This document shows positions 1 to 9,352 of a stretch of DNA of 63,092 nt, one piece after another. A program made the translations under genes and the position numbers. The stretch's first letter is position 1. Every line of letters begins with the position of its first letter. The stretch covers positions 1-63,092 of the forward strand of contig CABRZK010000001.1 in NCBI GenBank assembly GCA_902475415.1, written 5' to 3'. A model generated the notes under the pieces. The model did no database searches. It was given only the letters and a program-made list of their open reading frames with translations, and was not told the origin of the DNA. This DNA comes from an uncultured Eubacterium sp. (lineage in GTDB: Bacteria > Bacillota > Clostridia > Lachnospirales > Lachnospiraceae).

Positions 1-830
1 GGGAAGAAACGGACAAATGTGGGATGGCCGGAAAATCAAAGAAAAAGCGGGTTTTTGGCGAAGAAAAAGGCATATTTGGGCAAAGAAAAAGGCATATTTG
101 GGTCCCATATCTGTCCGTTAAATAAAAAATAAAGCCTTATTTCTGGCTGTTTTTGCTAAATAACGGACAAATATAGGCTGTTTTTTTGGAACTTACGGCA
201 TAAATGAGGCAAAATGAATTGTGAAACAATTTAAAAACGGAAAGAAACGGACAAATTTGGGATAAGAAAAATCGAACTAACGGACGTTTTTAGGATCCAT
301 TTTTCCAAAGAAACGGACAAATGTAGGAAGAAACGGCATAATTTTTCCAAAGAAACGGACAAATTTGGGATAAAAAGAGAAAAGAAACGGCAAAAATGAG
401 GCAAACAAATGTTTTGACGGACATTTATGGGAGGTTTGAAAATAATAAAAAACTATATATTGTGCCGTAAGTTTAAAAAAATACTTTTTTAACAGACATT
501 TATGGGATATATTTTTATGAACTAACGGACATTTGTAGGATTCCCCCTCTTTTAACGGACATTTATAGGCCAAGATTTTTGAAGAAAAAGACATTTATGG
601 TCTCGAACAGATGTTTTGACGGACATTTTTGGGAGATATTTTTATTTAACGGACATTTATGGGAAGAAAAAAATTAAGAAAAAGACATTTATGGGAGCAA
701 AATCCGCTATTTAGTGGACAAATGTAGGATGGTACACAAGTTATAGCGGACATTTATGGGAGATCACAACGAAATAACGGACAAATATAGGATGAAAAAA
801 TTATTTTTAACGGACATTTATGGGTGTTGA
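1..830 (+). repeat. Upstream iteron-like array (consensus ACGGACA(A/T)(A/T)T(A/G)T(G/A)GGA, about 20 degenerate copies; runs off the window start)
   Basis: Eleven consecutive GACA cores at 495, 528, 558, 590, 622, 652, 684, 717, 749, 780 and 813 (spacing 30-33 bp). Further copies at about 9, 163, 247, 280, 313, 355 and 417; one inverted copy at about 103-120; GGCATA variants at about 21-22 bp spacing. Confidence 0.85.
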
Positions 831-864
831 TAACTTTTCGGAAAAAAGTCTGACAGTTTTTTCG

Positions 865-893
865 TTGACAAATTGAGGATTTAAAGGCATAAT
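865..893 (+). promoter_or_regulatory. sigma-A type promoter of rep
   Basis: TTGACA (865-870), 17 nt spacer, CATAAT (888-893), just downstream of the last iteron copy. Confidence 0.65.
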
Positions 894-934
894 TAAGGAT
901 ATAATTTTTACTTTTATAAAGGGACGATAGACCA

Positions 935-2134
935 ATGACAAAGAACGAGATAGCAAAGTCGGAAAAAACGATGTTCCCGGATATGTTGAAGAAAAGTAAT
1001 TTTCTGATTTCTTCTGTGTACAGAGCATCGCTTTTGGAGAATAAAGTACTGGCGCTCGCGTTGACAAAAGTACGTTTGAGTGACCAGGGACGTCCGGTAG
1101 CGACACTCCGGACAAAGGAAATTAAAGAAGTATTACATGTAACCGGAAATGCCATGGGTACATATTTAAAAGATGTAGCTACTTCCCTGGCGGGACGTAC
1201 CATGTTTATTGAATCTGCAGATGGCAGTTTCAAGTGTATGAGTCTGGTTGGTGTGGTAAGTTATGAATCCGGATCCGGTACAATGGAGATTAAGTTCGAG
1301 CCGGAGATCAAAGATTATATTTATGATTTAAAAGCTAATTTTACAATGTTGAATATTCCGATGATGTTGTCATTTCGTTCTGGCTGGTCGTACCGTTTGT
1401 ACGAACTGCTTTCTTCGCGTGCCTATCATTCGAAATATGACAAGGAAACAGGTAATGTTTTCCATATAAAATATGGTGTTTCTGAGATCAAGCTTCATCT
1501 TGGTACCGTTCAGATCAAGGACGATAAGGGCAAGATCAACCGTGATATCCAGCGTGAACTTGAGAAAAAAGAGATAGATTATGATTATATCGTCAATGAG
1601 TTAGTACATGAAAAGTTGAAATCTTTTGATAAATGGTGTGATTTCAAACGTCGTGTTCTTGATGTGGCGGTCAATGAGATTAATGAAAAATCAGATATTT
1701 CTGTAAAATACGATCTGATGAGAAGTGGTCGAGGCGGTAAGATCTACGGTATTGATTTTGAAGTAACCAAGAAAGAACCGACCATTGAGGAAGAAGTTCC
1801 GACACCGGCAGATGCAGAACTGGATGAAATGATTGATAAAGTCATGGATATTATCGATGAAAAGATCAAGATTTCCCAGGCAAAAGCACTGTTGAAAGTT
1901 GCTAATTATGATATTAACAAGATTGAATATGCTTATGAGCTGGCCTGCAAACAGGAAAATATTCATAATCTGATCGGATGGCTTACTTCTGCTATTCAGA
2001 ATGGATATGAAGATAATCCAATTCACAAAGTAAAAGGATACACACAGAATGAGACAGAGGAATTTGATGAATATATGCAGCAAATGAGACTGGAACATTA
2101 TGCCAATATGGAGTCGGAAGACGTGAAAAAGTAA
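935..2134 (+). CDS. Plasmid-type replication initiator protein (Rep_3/RepB family)
   Basis: 399 aa ORF with Rep_3-like segments: KKSNFLI..YRASLLENKV, IKFEPEIKDYIYDLKANFT, SGWSYRLYELL, WCDFKRRVLDVAVNEINEKSDI, GRGGKIYGIDF. Flanked by iteron arrays. Confidence 0.9.
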   Translation: MTKNEIAKSEKTMFPDMLKKSNFLISSVYRASLLENKVLALALTKVRLSDQGRPVATLRTKEIKEVLHVTGNAMGTYLKDVATSLAGRTMFIESADGSFKCMSLVGVVSYESGSGTMEIKFEPEIKDYIYDLKANFTMLNIPMMLSFRSGWSYRLYELLSSRAYHSKYDKETGNVFHIKYGVSEIKLHLGTVQIKDDKGKINRDIQRELEKKEIDYDYIVNELVHEKLKSFDKWCDFKRRVLDVAVNEINEKSDISVKYDLMRSGRGGKIYGIDFEVTKKEPTIEEEVPTPADAELDEMIDKVMDIIDEKIKISQAKALLKVANYDINKIEYAYELACKQENIHNLIGWLTSAIQNGYEDNPIHKVKGYTQNETEEFDEYMQQMRLEHYANMESEDVKK

Positions 2135-2148
2135 ATAAAAGAAAGTTT

Positions 2149-2194
2149 AAACACTGATAAAATGACAGAACATCGTTTTATCAGTGTTTTTTTT
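2149..2194 (+). terminator. Intrinsic terminator of rep
   Basis: AAACACTGATAAAA...TTTTATCAGTGTTT stem followed by a T tract. Confidence 0.75.
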
Positions 2195-2204
2195 AGCTAA
2201 AATA

Positions 2205-2537
2205 TCCCATAAATGTCTGTAAGTTAGCCTATAAATGTCCGCAAGTTCGAGATATCAGTAAATGTCTGTGAGTAATCCCATAAATGTCCGTAAGTTCGAG
2301 ATGTCAGTAAATGTCTGTGAGTAATCCCATAAATGTCCGTAAGTTCGAGGTATCAGTAAATGTCTGCAGGTTAGCCCATAAATGTCCGTAAGTTCGAGGT
2401 ATCAGTAAATGTCTGCAAGTAGTCCCATAAATGTCCGTAAGTTCGAAGTATCAGTAAATGTCTGTGAGTAATCCTATAAATGTCCGTAAGTTCGAAGTAT
2501 CAATAAATGTCTGTGAGTAATCCCATAAATGTCCGTT
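2205..2537 (-). repeat. Downstream iteron-like tandem array: about 6.5 copies of a 49-bp unit, each with two TAAATGTC cores
   Basis: TAAATGTC at 2210, 2232, 2259, 2281, 2308, 2330, 2357, 2379, 2406, 2428, 2455, 2477, 2504 and 2526 (alternating 22/27 bp). CCCATAAATGTCCGT is the reverse complement of the upstream motif. Confidence 0.9.
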
Positions 2538-2646
2538 AAAAACAATTGCAGAAATTTTCTCTTTCCCCGAAAAATGGTTCGGAAAAGTATTTATGAAAAT
2601 ATCTTTTTTCAGGTAATATGTTTAAAAAAATACAGGCTATTCAAAC

Positions 2647-2686
2647 AGCCTATAAATGTCTGTAAGTTAGCCTGTAAATGTCCGTT
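2647..2686 (-). repeat. Two outlying iteron copies beyond an AT-rich spacer
   Basis: TAAATGTC at 2653 and 2675, 22 bp apart. Confidence 0.75.
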
Positions 2687-2765
2687 TCTTTAAAGTATAT
2701 AGTATATATTTTAAAACGAAGTGCAGATGTGCAGTGATTCTGAAAAGAATATGCATAAAATGTGA

Positions 2766-5700
2766 TTATAAATGCAATAATTCCAACAGTTCTTCTTTGG
2801 AGAAAGAAGGATTTCCCAGTGAATCGCCTCCCAGAATCTGTTCTGCCAGTTCTGCTTTCTGTTCCTGTAATTTTACAATATTTTCTTCGATACTGTTTTT
2901 GGCAATCAGCTTGTAGACCAGTACTCTGTTTTTCTGACCGATGCGATGTGCACGGTCGGTTGCCTGATTCTGTACGACAGTGTTCCACCATGGATCATAA
3001 TGAATCACGATATCTGCTGCTGTCAGGTTCAGGCCGGTGCCTCCGGCTTTCAGAGAAATGAGAAATACAGGAATATCATTCTGGTTAAAGGCTGTCACCA
3101 GGCGAATGCGTTCCTGCTTGGAGGTAGAGCCGGTGAGCAGATAAAAAGGAATACTTTCTTTTTTTAATCTTGCGGCAATACCATCCAGCATCGTAGTAAA
3201 CTGTGAAAACACAAGTATTTTATGTCCACCTTCGGTTGCATTCTGAATCAGATCAATGCACAGATCCAGTTTGGCAGAACCGGCAGTGTAATTTTCGTAT
3301 AAAAGGGCGGGATCGCAGCATAACTGGCGTAATTTTGTCAGCTCTGAGAGAATTTGCAGTTTTGATTGGTTAAACTCTTCCGGAGACTGTTTGGCCAATA
3401 ATAACTGCAGGCGTTGGGTATGAGCCTGATACAGTTCTTTCTGCTCTCCTGTCATTGGTGCATACATATTTTTTTCCAGTTTGTCAGGAAGATCCTTTAA
3501 AACATCTTTTTTCAGACGTCGCAGAATGAACGGTGCAATCATTTTCTGAATACGGTGCAATGCAGCTTCATCATTCTGCTGCATGATCGGAAGTTCGAGT
3601 TCTTCCCGGAATCTGGAGTAAGAAAAAAGGTATCCGGGCATCAGATAATCGAAAATACTCCACAATTCACCAAGGCGGTTTTCCACCGGTGTACCTGTCA
3701 GCGCGAGACGGAATCGTGAGTCAATCTGCTTGACGGCCTGTGCCGCCTTTGTAGTAGCATTTTTGATAAACTGTGCTTCATCAATGATCTGGTAATCAAA
3801 GGAGACATCTTGATAAAGTGCAATATCACGACGCAGCAGATCATAGGAAGTAATCAGGATACATCCGGTATCATTGGTTAATTCTGTGAGTATTTTCTGC
3901 CGTTCGCCGGCGGTTCCGGCGATTGTACAGACCGGGAGTTCAGGAGCAAAATGTTCACATTCCTGTGCCCAGTTATAGACCAGGGAAGCCGGGCAGACGA
4001 TCAGTGTTTTTGCAGACGATTCCTTTTTTTCGATATAATGAGCATATAAGAAAACAATAACCTGCAGTGTCTTTCCGAGTCCCATATCATCTGCAAGAAT
4101 CCCTCCGAATCCGTTTGCATACAGCGTTTCCAACCACAGATAACCTTTTTTCTGGTATTCGCGTAAAATCTTAATAAATTGATCCGGAACTTCAAAATCA
4201 CTGTCTTCCACAGTACGCATATTACGGATCAGTTCACGAAATTCCCGGCTTCTGCTGAAAGATACAGATTCATCATCTTTGAGCTGCGCATCCAGATAAA
4301 GGGCGCGGAATTTCGGAAGGGTGATATGTCCCGAAGCAAGCTGATCTTCACTGAGCATCAGCCCCTGTTGAAGCTGGGCAAGCGTCTCGAGATTTCCGGC
4401 TTCCATATTTACAAACTGTCCGGATTTTAAACGGTAAAAATTTTTTTTCCGGTCGTATTTTGACAATAAAAAGGCAAGCTGTTCCAGCGACATACCTTCT
4501 GATTCCAGATTAAAATCCAGCAGATTTTCATTTAAAGAAACCCCGAGAGATACTTTTGGCGGATGAACCACCTGGATTTTTTTCAATCGGTCTGAGATAT
4601 ATACGTCAGCCACAGTCTCACATTCTTCCAGACCACGCGTCAGAAAATCATAGATGAGGCTGTCATCTTCTACAATGGCAGGCAATCCGGTCAGATCATC
4701 TGTGGCATTACAGTAACCGGAAATCATAGATGCTGCTTTGGCTTCCTCCCTGATATTGCGGTTCTGGCGACGGGAGTCAGACTGAAATACATGATATTCA
4801 TGCTCTGCCCCATAATCGGCCACGAGATCACAGGTAATGATGTCCTTTTGTGGCAGATCAAGATACAGGCGAAACGTTACGTCATCCGGCAGATAGTCCG
4901 ATGGAGTAAAACCTGACATGGTAATCTGATAGTTCTTCTCCAGTTCAGGAAGCATTTCCCGTGTAAAAAGTGGAAGATCCGATTCTGCAATAAAGGATTC
5001 TCCCTGACACCAGCCACTCATACGATCCTCAAACAGATTGATGGCTTCATGAGTACGTCTGCTTGTCCGATAAATTTTATAATCCCTGAAAATATAGTTC
5101 CAGTCGCGACTGGATACAGATGGAACTGATTCCAGTCTGAGTCGGATACCATCTTCTTCTGCTATAATTTGAAGATTTTTGTGGTAAGTGTCCTCTTTTT
5201 GGACAAACCAGAGTTTTTGCTTTTGGGCGGAAGGATCCAGAAACGTGCCTGATTCTGCAATCGTATTCATAAAAGCATCCAGAAGTTCATTTCTTAAAGA
5301 AAAACTTCGGGTATCAGAAGCATACCAGTAGTTATAATCTTCAAACTGGCGGATAAAAAACTCCATCAACCCGCGGCTTTTCTGGTCAAAGGCCTGTAAC
5401 TGATGAACAAAAGCAAGATTTTTACCATAACTGTGGTATTCCGTGTGCAGAACATGCTGTACCAGTTCCGGAATATTTTTTACCACATACATTTTTTCCT
5501 GTCCAATGCGCAGAGATACGGACAGGTCATGGTAATCAAGATGCAGAGTCGGTTCCAGGTGGATTTTCCCCATCAGGGAACTGTCTGTGATCATCCAGCT
5601 TTCCTGGTTTCCAAAATGCCGCAGAATCTGCTGCATACTGCTGTCTGTCTGTGGCTGTAGTATGGTTCTGGACTCTGATGCAGCGGTGTGGGAAGAACCG

Positions 5701-6083
5701 GAATCATTTTCTATATCATCAAAAAAATCATCTTCTGAAGAAGATGTGGAAAATATAGTGTCTTCATGGTTCATAATATAAAGCATCGTAGCGACACAAT
5801 GTTTACAGGGACCATCATATGCTAGAAAGGCAGGACAGTCACAGTAGCAACTTACATCAGTAATTTTATCAAAATCATCGTAGCACATGGTAACGTCTAC
5901 ATCATAATTGTTTCTGTTGCTTCCCCGGACAAGTGTGTGAATGTTTATTTCTTCATCGCCATAAGGATTTTCATCCTCGTAAGTGTAAATTTCCAAAATT
6001 CCATTGGTACTTTCAAGAAGTTTACCGCGATAGAAAGTCTGTTCATCAGATGTCATGTCTTTGATATTTTTTTCAGTCCACAT
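2766..6083 (-). CDS. SWIM zinc-finger SNF2-family helicase
   Basis: SWIM CYCDC...CKH, GGILADDMGLGKT, DEAQ, LTGTPVENRL, AGGTGLNL, QATDRAHRIGQ. Start probably 6083 (ORF is open to 6143). Confidence 0.92.
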   Translation of the reverse strand: MWTEKNIKDMTSDEQTFYRGKLLESTNGILEIYTYEDENPYGDEEINIHTLVRGSNRNNYDVDVTMCYDDFDKITDVSCYCDCPAFLAYDGPCKHCVATMLYIMNHEDTIFSTSSSEDDFFDDIENDSGSSHTAASESRTILQPQTDSSMQQILRHFGNQESWMITDSSLMGKIHLEPTLHLDYHDLSVSLRIGQEKMYVVKNIPELVQHVLHTEYHSYGKNLAFVHQLQAFDQKSRGLMEFFIRQFEDYNYWYASDTRSFSLRNELLDAFMNTIAESGTFLDPSAQKQKLWFVQKEDTYHKNLQIIAEEDGIRLRLESVPSVSSRDWNYIFRDYKIYRTSRRTHEAINLFEDRMSGWCQGESFIAESDLPLFTREMLPELEKNYQITMSGFTPSDYLPDDVTFRLYLDLPQKDIITCDLVADYGAEHEYHVFQSDSRRQNRNIREEAKAASMISGYCNATDDLTGLPAIVEDDSLIYDFLTRGLEECETVADVYISDRLKKIQVVHPPKVSLGVSLNENLLDFNLESEGMSLEQLAFLLSKYDRKKNFYRLKSGQFVNMEAGNLETLAQLQQGLMLSEDQLASGHITLPKFRALYLDAQLKDDESVSFSRSREFRELIRNMRTVEDSDFEVPDQFIKILREYQKKGYLWLETLYANGFGGILADDMGLGKTLQVIVFLYAHYIEKKESSAKTLIVCPASLVYNWAQECEHFAPELPVCTIAGTAGERQKILTELTNDTGCILITSYDLLRRDIALYQDVSFDYQIIDEAQFIKNATTKAAQAVKQIDSRFRLALTGTPVENRLGELWSIFDYLMPGYLFSYSRFREELELPIMQQNDEAALHRIQKMIAPFILRRLKKDVLKDLPDKLEKNMYAPMTGEQKELYQAHTQRLQLLLAKQSPEEFNQSKLQILSELTKLRQLCCDPALLYENYTAGSAKLDLCIDLIQNATEGGHKILVFSQFTTMLDGIAARLKKESIPFYLLTGSTSKQERIRLVTAFNQNDIPVFLISLKAGGTGLNLTAADIVIHYDPWWNTVVQNQATDRAHRIGQKNRVLVYKLIAKNSIEENIVKLQEQKAELAEQILGGDSLGNPSFSKEELLELLHL

Positions 6084-6301
6084 AGTTTTTGTTATCCTTG
6101 TTTTTATCAGTAGGTATTGTAAGAATCCGTAAATATGTTTCATTATAGTATGAATAAAAAAGAAAGTCTATATACAGAACATGGCTGCACATAGACTTTC
6201 ATAATATTCGTTACTTATTTGAAAATTGGCGTACTGTTTCATTCAATTTGTGTCATTATGCGAAATGTGAGTGAGACAGTATACCAGTTAAGTGGCAGAA
6301 T

Positions 6302-6937
6302 CTAATTTGCAAATACTGCTGCGGCTGCATCTGCGGCGGAAGCTGCATCTTCGGTATAGATATCTGCGTGAATGCTGTCAGCAAAAGCCTGATTTACCGG
6401 AGCACCACCAACCATAATGGTTACTTTGTCACGGATACCGGCCTCTTCTGCTGCTTTTACTACCTCGCCCAGCATTGGCATGGTAGTTGTCAGAAGTGCG
6501 GAACAGCAGATAATACTGCAATCATTTTCAATGGCACATTTGACGAAATCCTGTGGTTCTACATCGACACCAAGGTCGATGATTTCGATTCCTTTTCCTT
6601 CGATCATCATACGAACCAGATTCTTACCAATGTCATGCATATCACCTTTTACAGTACCGATACATGCTTTTCCAAGTGGTTCAGCGGCTTCTTCGGAAAG
6701 AAGCGGTTTCAGAAGTGTGGTGCCGGCGTTCATGGCACGGGCTGCAACCAGTACTTCTGGTACAAATACTTCATCATTTTTAAATTTTTCACCGATGATG
6801 TTCATGCCGTCGAGCAGACCGTCTTTTAAGATGGTTTTTGCATCAATTCCCTCATCGATCGCCTGCTGTACCAGACGTGTTACATCTTTCTTTTTGCCAC
6901 GCTGTAAAGCAGTGGAAATATCGTTAATAATTGACAT
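6302..6937 (-). CDS. Corrinoid (cobalamin-binding) protein, methyltransferase-system type
   Basis: GDMHDIGKNLV (DxHxxG), SALLTTT, MVGGAP; GGAGGAGG RBS before the ATG at 6937. Confidence 0.9.
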   Translation of the reverse strand: MSIINDISTALQRGKKKDVTRLVQQAIDEGIDAKTILKDGLLDGMNIIGEKFKNDEVFVPEVLVAARAMNAGTTLLKPLLSEEAAEPLGKACIGTVKGDMHDIGKNLVRMMIEGKGIEIIDLGVDVEPQDFVKCAIENDCSIICCSALLTTTMPMLGEVVKAAEEAGIRDKVTIMVGGAPVNQAFADSIHADIYTEDAASAADAAAAVFAN

Positions 6938-7238
6938 GTTGTCCTCCTCCATTACACTCGAATGTAACCTGTCGGTTACCAGATTTGTATAGACAGTATT
7001 ATACGGTAAAGAGAGGAGATTTGCAAAATTTTTTATTTTACAGTAAATTTCTCTGAAATAAAAAAAGAAATATCTGCGGCTGATTTGGGGAAATCTGTTG
7101 CAGATATTTCTTTCTGGGGTTTTGTTTTATGCTGACGCCCTCGGAGCATCAGCATAAATATAATTTTAAAGGTAGGTATTTACGAAATTAGATAATTGAT
7201 ATTGTAATTTCTATCGGGTATTTTGAAAAATAACGGTA

Positions 7239-7442
7239 TTAGCAGTATTTTTTACGATAGTTGACAGCTTCTTCATCTTCCTGCTGTGCAGATTCAGAAA
7301 AAAGTGCTTTGGAATCTTTTCTCCATGTTTCTTTTAATGATTCCTGTTTCTCGAATAATGTGTTTGCAAAGTTGTTGGTATTTAATACTTTCTCTGCGTT
7401 TATGTCCTGTGCGTTTGTATATAATCCTTTGAATAATGTCAT
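7239..7442 (-). CDS. Small hypothetical protein (67 aa), divergent from LysR
   Basis: Strong AAGGAGG RBS; downstream hairpins at about 7063-7156. Confidence 0.65.
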   Translation of the reverse strand: MTLFKGLYTNAQDINAEKVLNTNNFANTLFEKQESLKETWRKDSKALFSESAQQEDEEAVNYRKKYC

Positions 7443-7653
7443 GTCTGTGTCCTCCTTATTTATGTGAATGTGAATTGTTCTTGTTTTCCTGTTGAGATTA
7501 TTATATGATATAAAATAAAAGAAGTAAAGCTACTGTATCTTAGGGATATATTAAGTAAAACTTAATGATACTGTTTAGAAAGCATACATAGTGCACAATA
7601 CAATATTTTAAATTTAGTGAAATTGTATAAGTGGGACAGAAAAGGAGGTTTTT

Positions 7654-8544
7654 ATGGATACTGCAAGATACCAGGCATTTCTGACAGCGGCAGAAACCGG
7701 AAGTATTAAAAATGCAGCAGAAGAACTTGGGTATACCCCATCCGGTGTCAGTCAGCTGATCAAAGCTTTGGAAGAAGAAATGGGATTTACGCTGCTTTAT
7801 CGAAGTAAGAAAGGGGTCAGTCTGACGCAGGAAGGACGTCGTCTGCTCCCGACCATCCGGGAGATTCTGGAGTCAGAAAACAGGTTATATCAGACTGCTT
7901 CTGAGATGCGTGGACTGTCAATAGGAAGCATCGATATCGCGGCATATCAGTGTCTGGCAGCAGTCTGGATGCCATCGCTGATCAGTGGATTTCAGAAAAA
8001 ATATCCGAATATCCGTATACAGCTTTTTGAGGGAACGCAGCAGGATATTTTGCAGTATCTGGATGAGCGAAAAGTCAATCTGGCCTTTTTTAACTGCGAA
8101 GATACTATTAATTATGACTGGCTTCCGCTGATGAAGGATCGTATGGTTGCAGTGCTGCCCAAAGATCATCCGCTGGCAAAAAATGAAGTGTTTCCGGTGG
8201 AAGCCTGCCAACATGAGCGATTCATCATGCCAGAACGCGGGCAGGATCAGGATGTTTTTAACATGTTAGATGAAGTTCATGTGAAACCGGATGTGTATCT
8301 GTCTACGTTTGATTCTTTTACAGCAATTTCCATGATCGAGAAAGGACTGGGCATCAGCATTATGAACGAGATTAGTATCCCGACCAGAACCAGTCGGGAT
8401 ATTGTGACGCTACCGACGGTGCCGGAGCATTTTATTGAAATGGGAATTGCACTGCCATCCATCGCACAGGCTTCTCCGGCGGTGAAAAAGTTTATTGCAT
8501 ATGCGGTGGAGTCTGGGATCTGTTGTGCAAATCCGGTTTTGTGA
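7654..8544 (+). CDS. LysR-family transcriptional regulator
   Basis: N-terminal HTH GSIKNAAEELGYTPSGVSQLIKALEEEMG; 296 aa. Confidence 0.93.
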   Translation: MDTARYQAFLTAAETGSIKNAAEELGYTPSGVSQLIKALEEEMGFTLLYRSKKGVSLTQEGRRLLPTIREILESENRLYQTASEMRGLSIGSIDIAAYQCLAAVWMPSLISGFQKKYPNIRIQLFEGTQQDILQYLDERKVNLAFFNCEDTINYDWLPLMKDRMVAVLPKDHPLAKNEVFPVEACQHERFIMPERGQDQDVFNMLDEVHVKPDVYLSTFDSFTAISMIEKGLGISIMNEISIPTRTSRDIVTLPTVPEHFIEMGIALPSIAQASPAVKKFIAYAVESGICCANPVL

Positions 8545-8881
8545 TCGTTCCAAGTATTTCAATTCCCCTTACAAGTGAACGGGGTTCATTTCGAAGCAGC
8601 GTATAGTCTGTGATATAGCCACTGACTTTGTATGCATCCAGAATGGCACAGAGTTTTTCATTGACTGTGTGAACTTTGTTTTTCCAGCCTCTGCTCTTCT
8701 CTTTGTCAGAGGCCAGTGTGCGCAGCAGGTGACAAAGTATTCTGTCGAGGCAGATCCATTGTACCGGAAATTGGCTGGGGCCAAACGGAAGGAGGAGCTG
8801 CCATTTTACTAAAATAGAGAATGCATAAGTCAGGGAGGCACAAGAAAATGGGTACTTATGCAGGAAAAGTAAAAATGAGGA

Positions 8882-8897
8882 TGTTTCACGTGAAACA
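8882..8897. promoter_or_regulatory. parS site (within a 30-bp perfect palindrome, 8875-8904)
   Basis: TGTTTCACGTGAAACA, the consensus parS. Confidence 0.92.
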
Positions 8898-9101
8898 TCC
8901 TCATATATTATATATCTAATTTCACAAACTCTGAAAAAATTGAAACGGAAAGCAGAGTGATTGAGCGTGGAACCGTGTCAGTTCATACCGAATATTTGGT
9001 TTATGGAAAAGGAAATGGCAAATGAAGGCTTGCAGAAAACAGAGTTCTCTGTTATGATTAAACAGTTGAAAACATTTGTAATAATATTTTTACGGGTGTG
9101 A

Positions 9102-9173
9102 GTTCTCTTAGTTAAATGGATATAACAAGTGCCTCCTAAGCACTAGTTGAGGGTTCGATTCCCCCAGGGAACG
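9102..9173 (+). tRNA. tRNA-Arg (anticodon CCT)
   Basis: Acceptor stem GTTCTCT/AGGGAAC, anticodon arm AGTGC-CT-CCT-AA-GCACT, T-loop GGTTCGATTCC; CCA not encoded. Confidence 0.93.
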
Positions 9174-9181
9174 TTAAAAAT

Positions 9182-9227
9182 AAGATGCCGGGAAATCTGA
9201 TTTGGTTCAGATTTCCCGGCATTTTTA
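9182..9227. terminator. Hairpin terminator between the tRNA and the convergent gene
   Basis: ATGCCGGGAAATCTGA...TCAGATTTCCCGGCAT followed by a T tract. Confidence 0.75.
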
Positions 9228-9352
9228 TAAAAATTATTTTCTGATTGATTTTTATTGTGTGGTCTGTGTACATCAGAAAATATTTTATACAAATAGATTA
9301 GAATATGTTTTCTATAGAATTTTATTATTTTTAAATCATGAATGTTAAAATG

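Noticed and set aside
277..594. 105-aa ORF with recurring KCP / FVRF motifs (also 754-1233 and 2650-2991)
   Set aside because: These are translations of the iteron repeats or antisense to real genes; no RBS or family motif.
490..830. CRISPR-like repeat-spacer pattern upstream of rep
   Set aside because: Repeats (about 16 bp) and spacers (about 15 bp) are too short and too degenerate for CRISPR.
2205..2537. CRISPR array
   Set aside because: The whole 49-bp unit repeats with no unique spacers, there are no cas genes, and the motif matches the sites upstream of rep.
8569..8810. Short ORFs or gene remnant downstream of LysR
   Set aside because: Some frames look protein-like but I cannot assign a family; a translated search is needed.
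9102..9173. tRNA-Arg as integration site of the rep element
   Set aside because: I saw no duplicated tRNA 3' end and no integrase, and rep lies on the 5' side of the tRNA.
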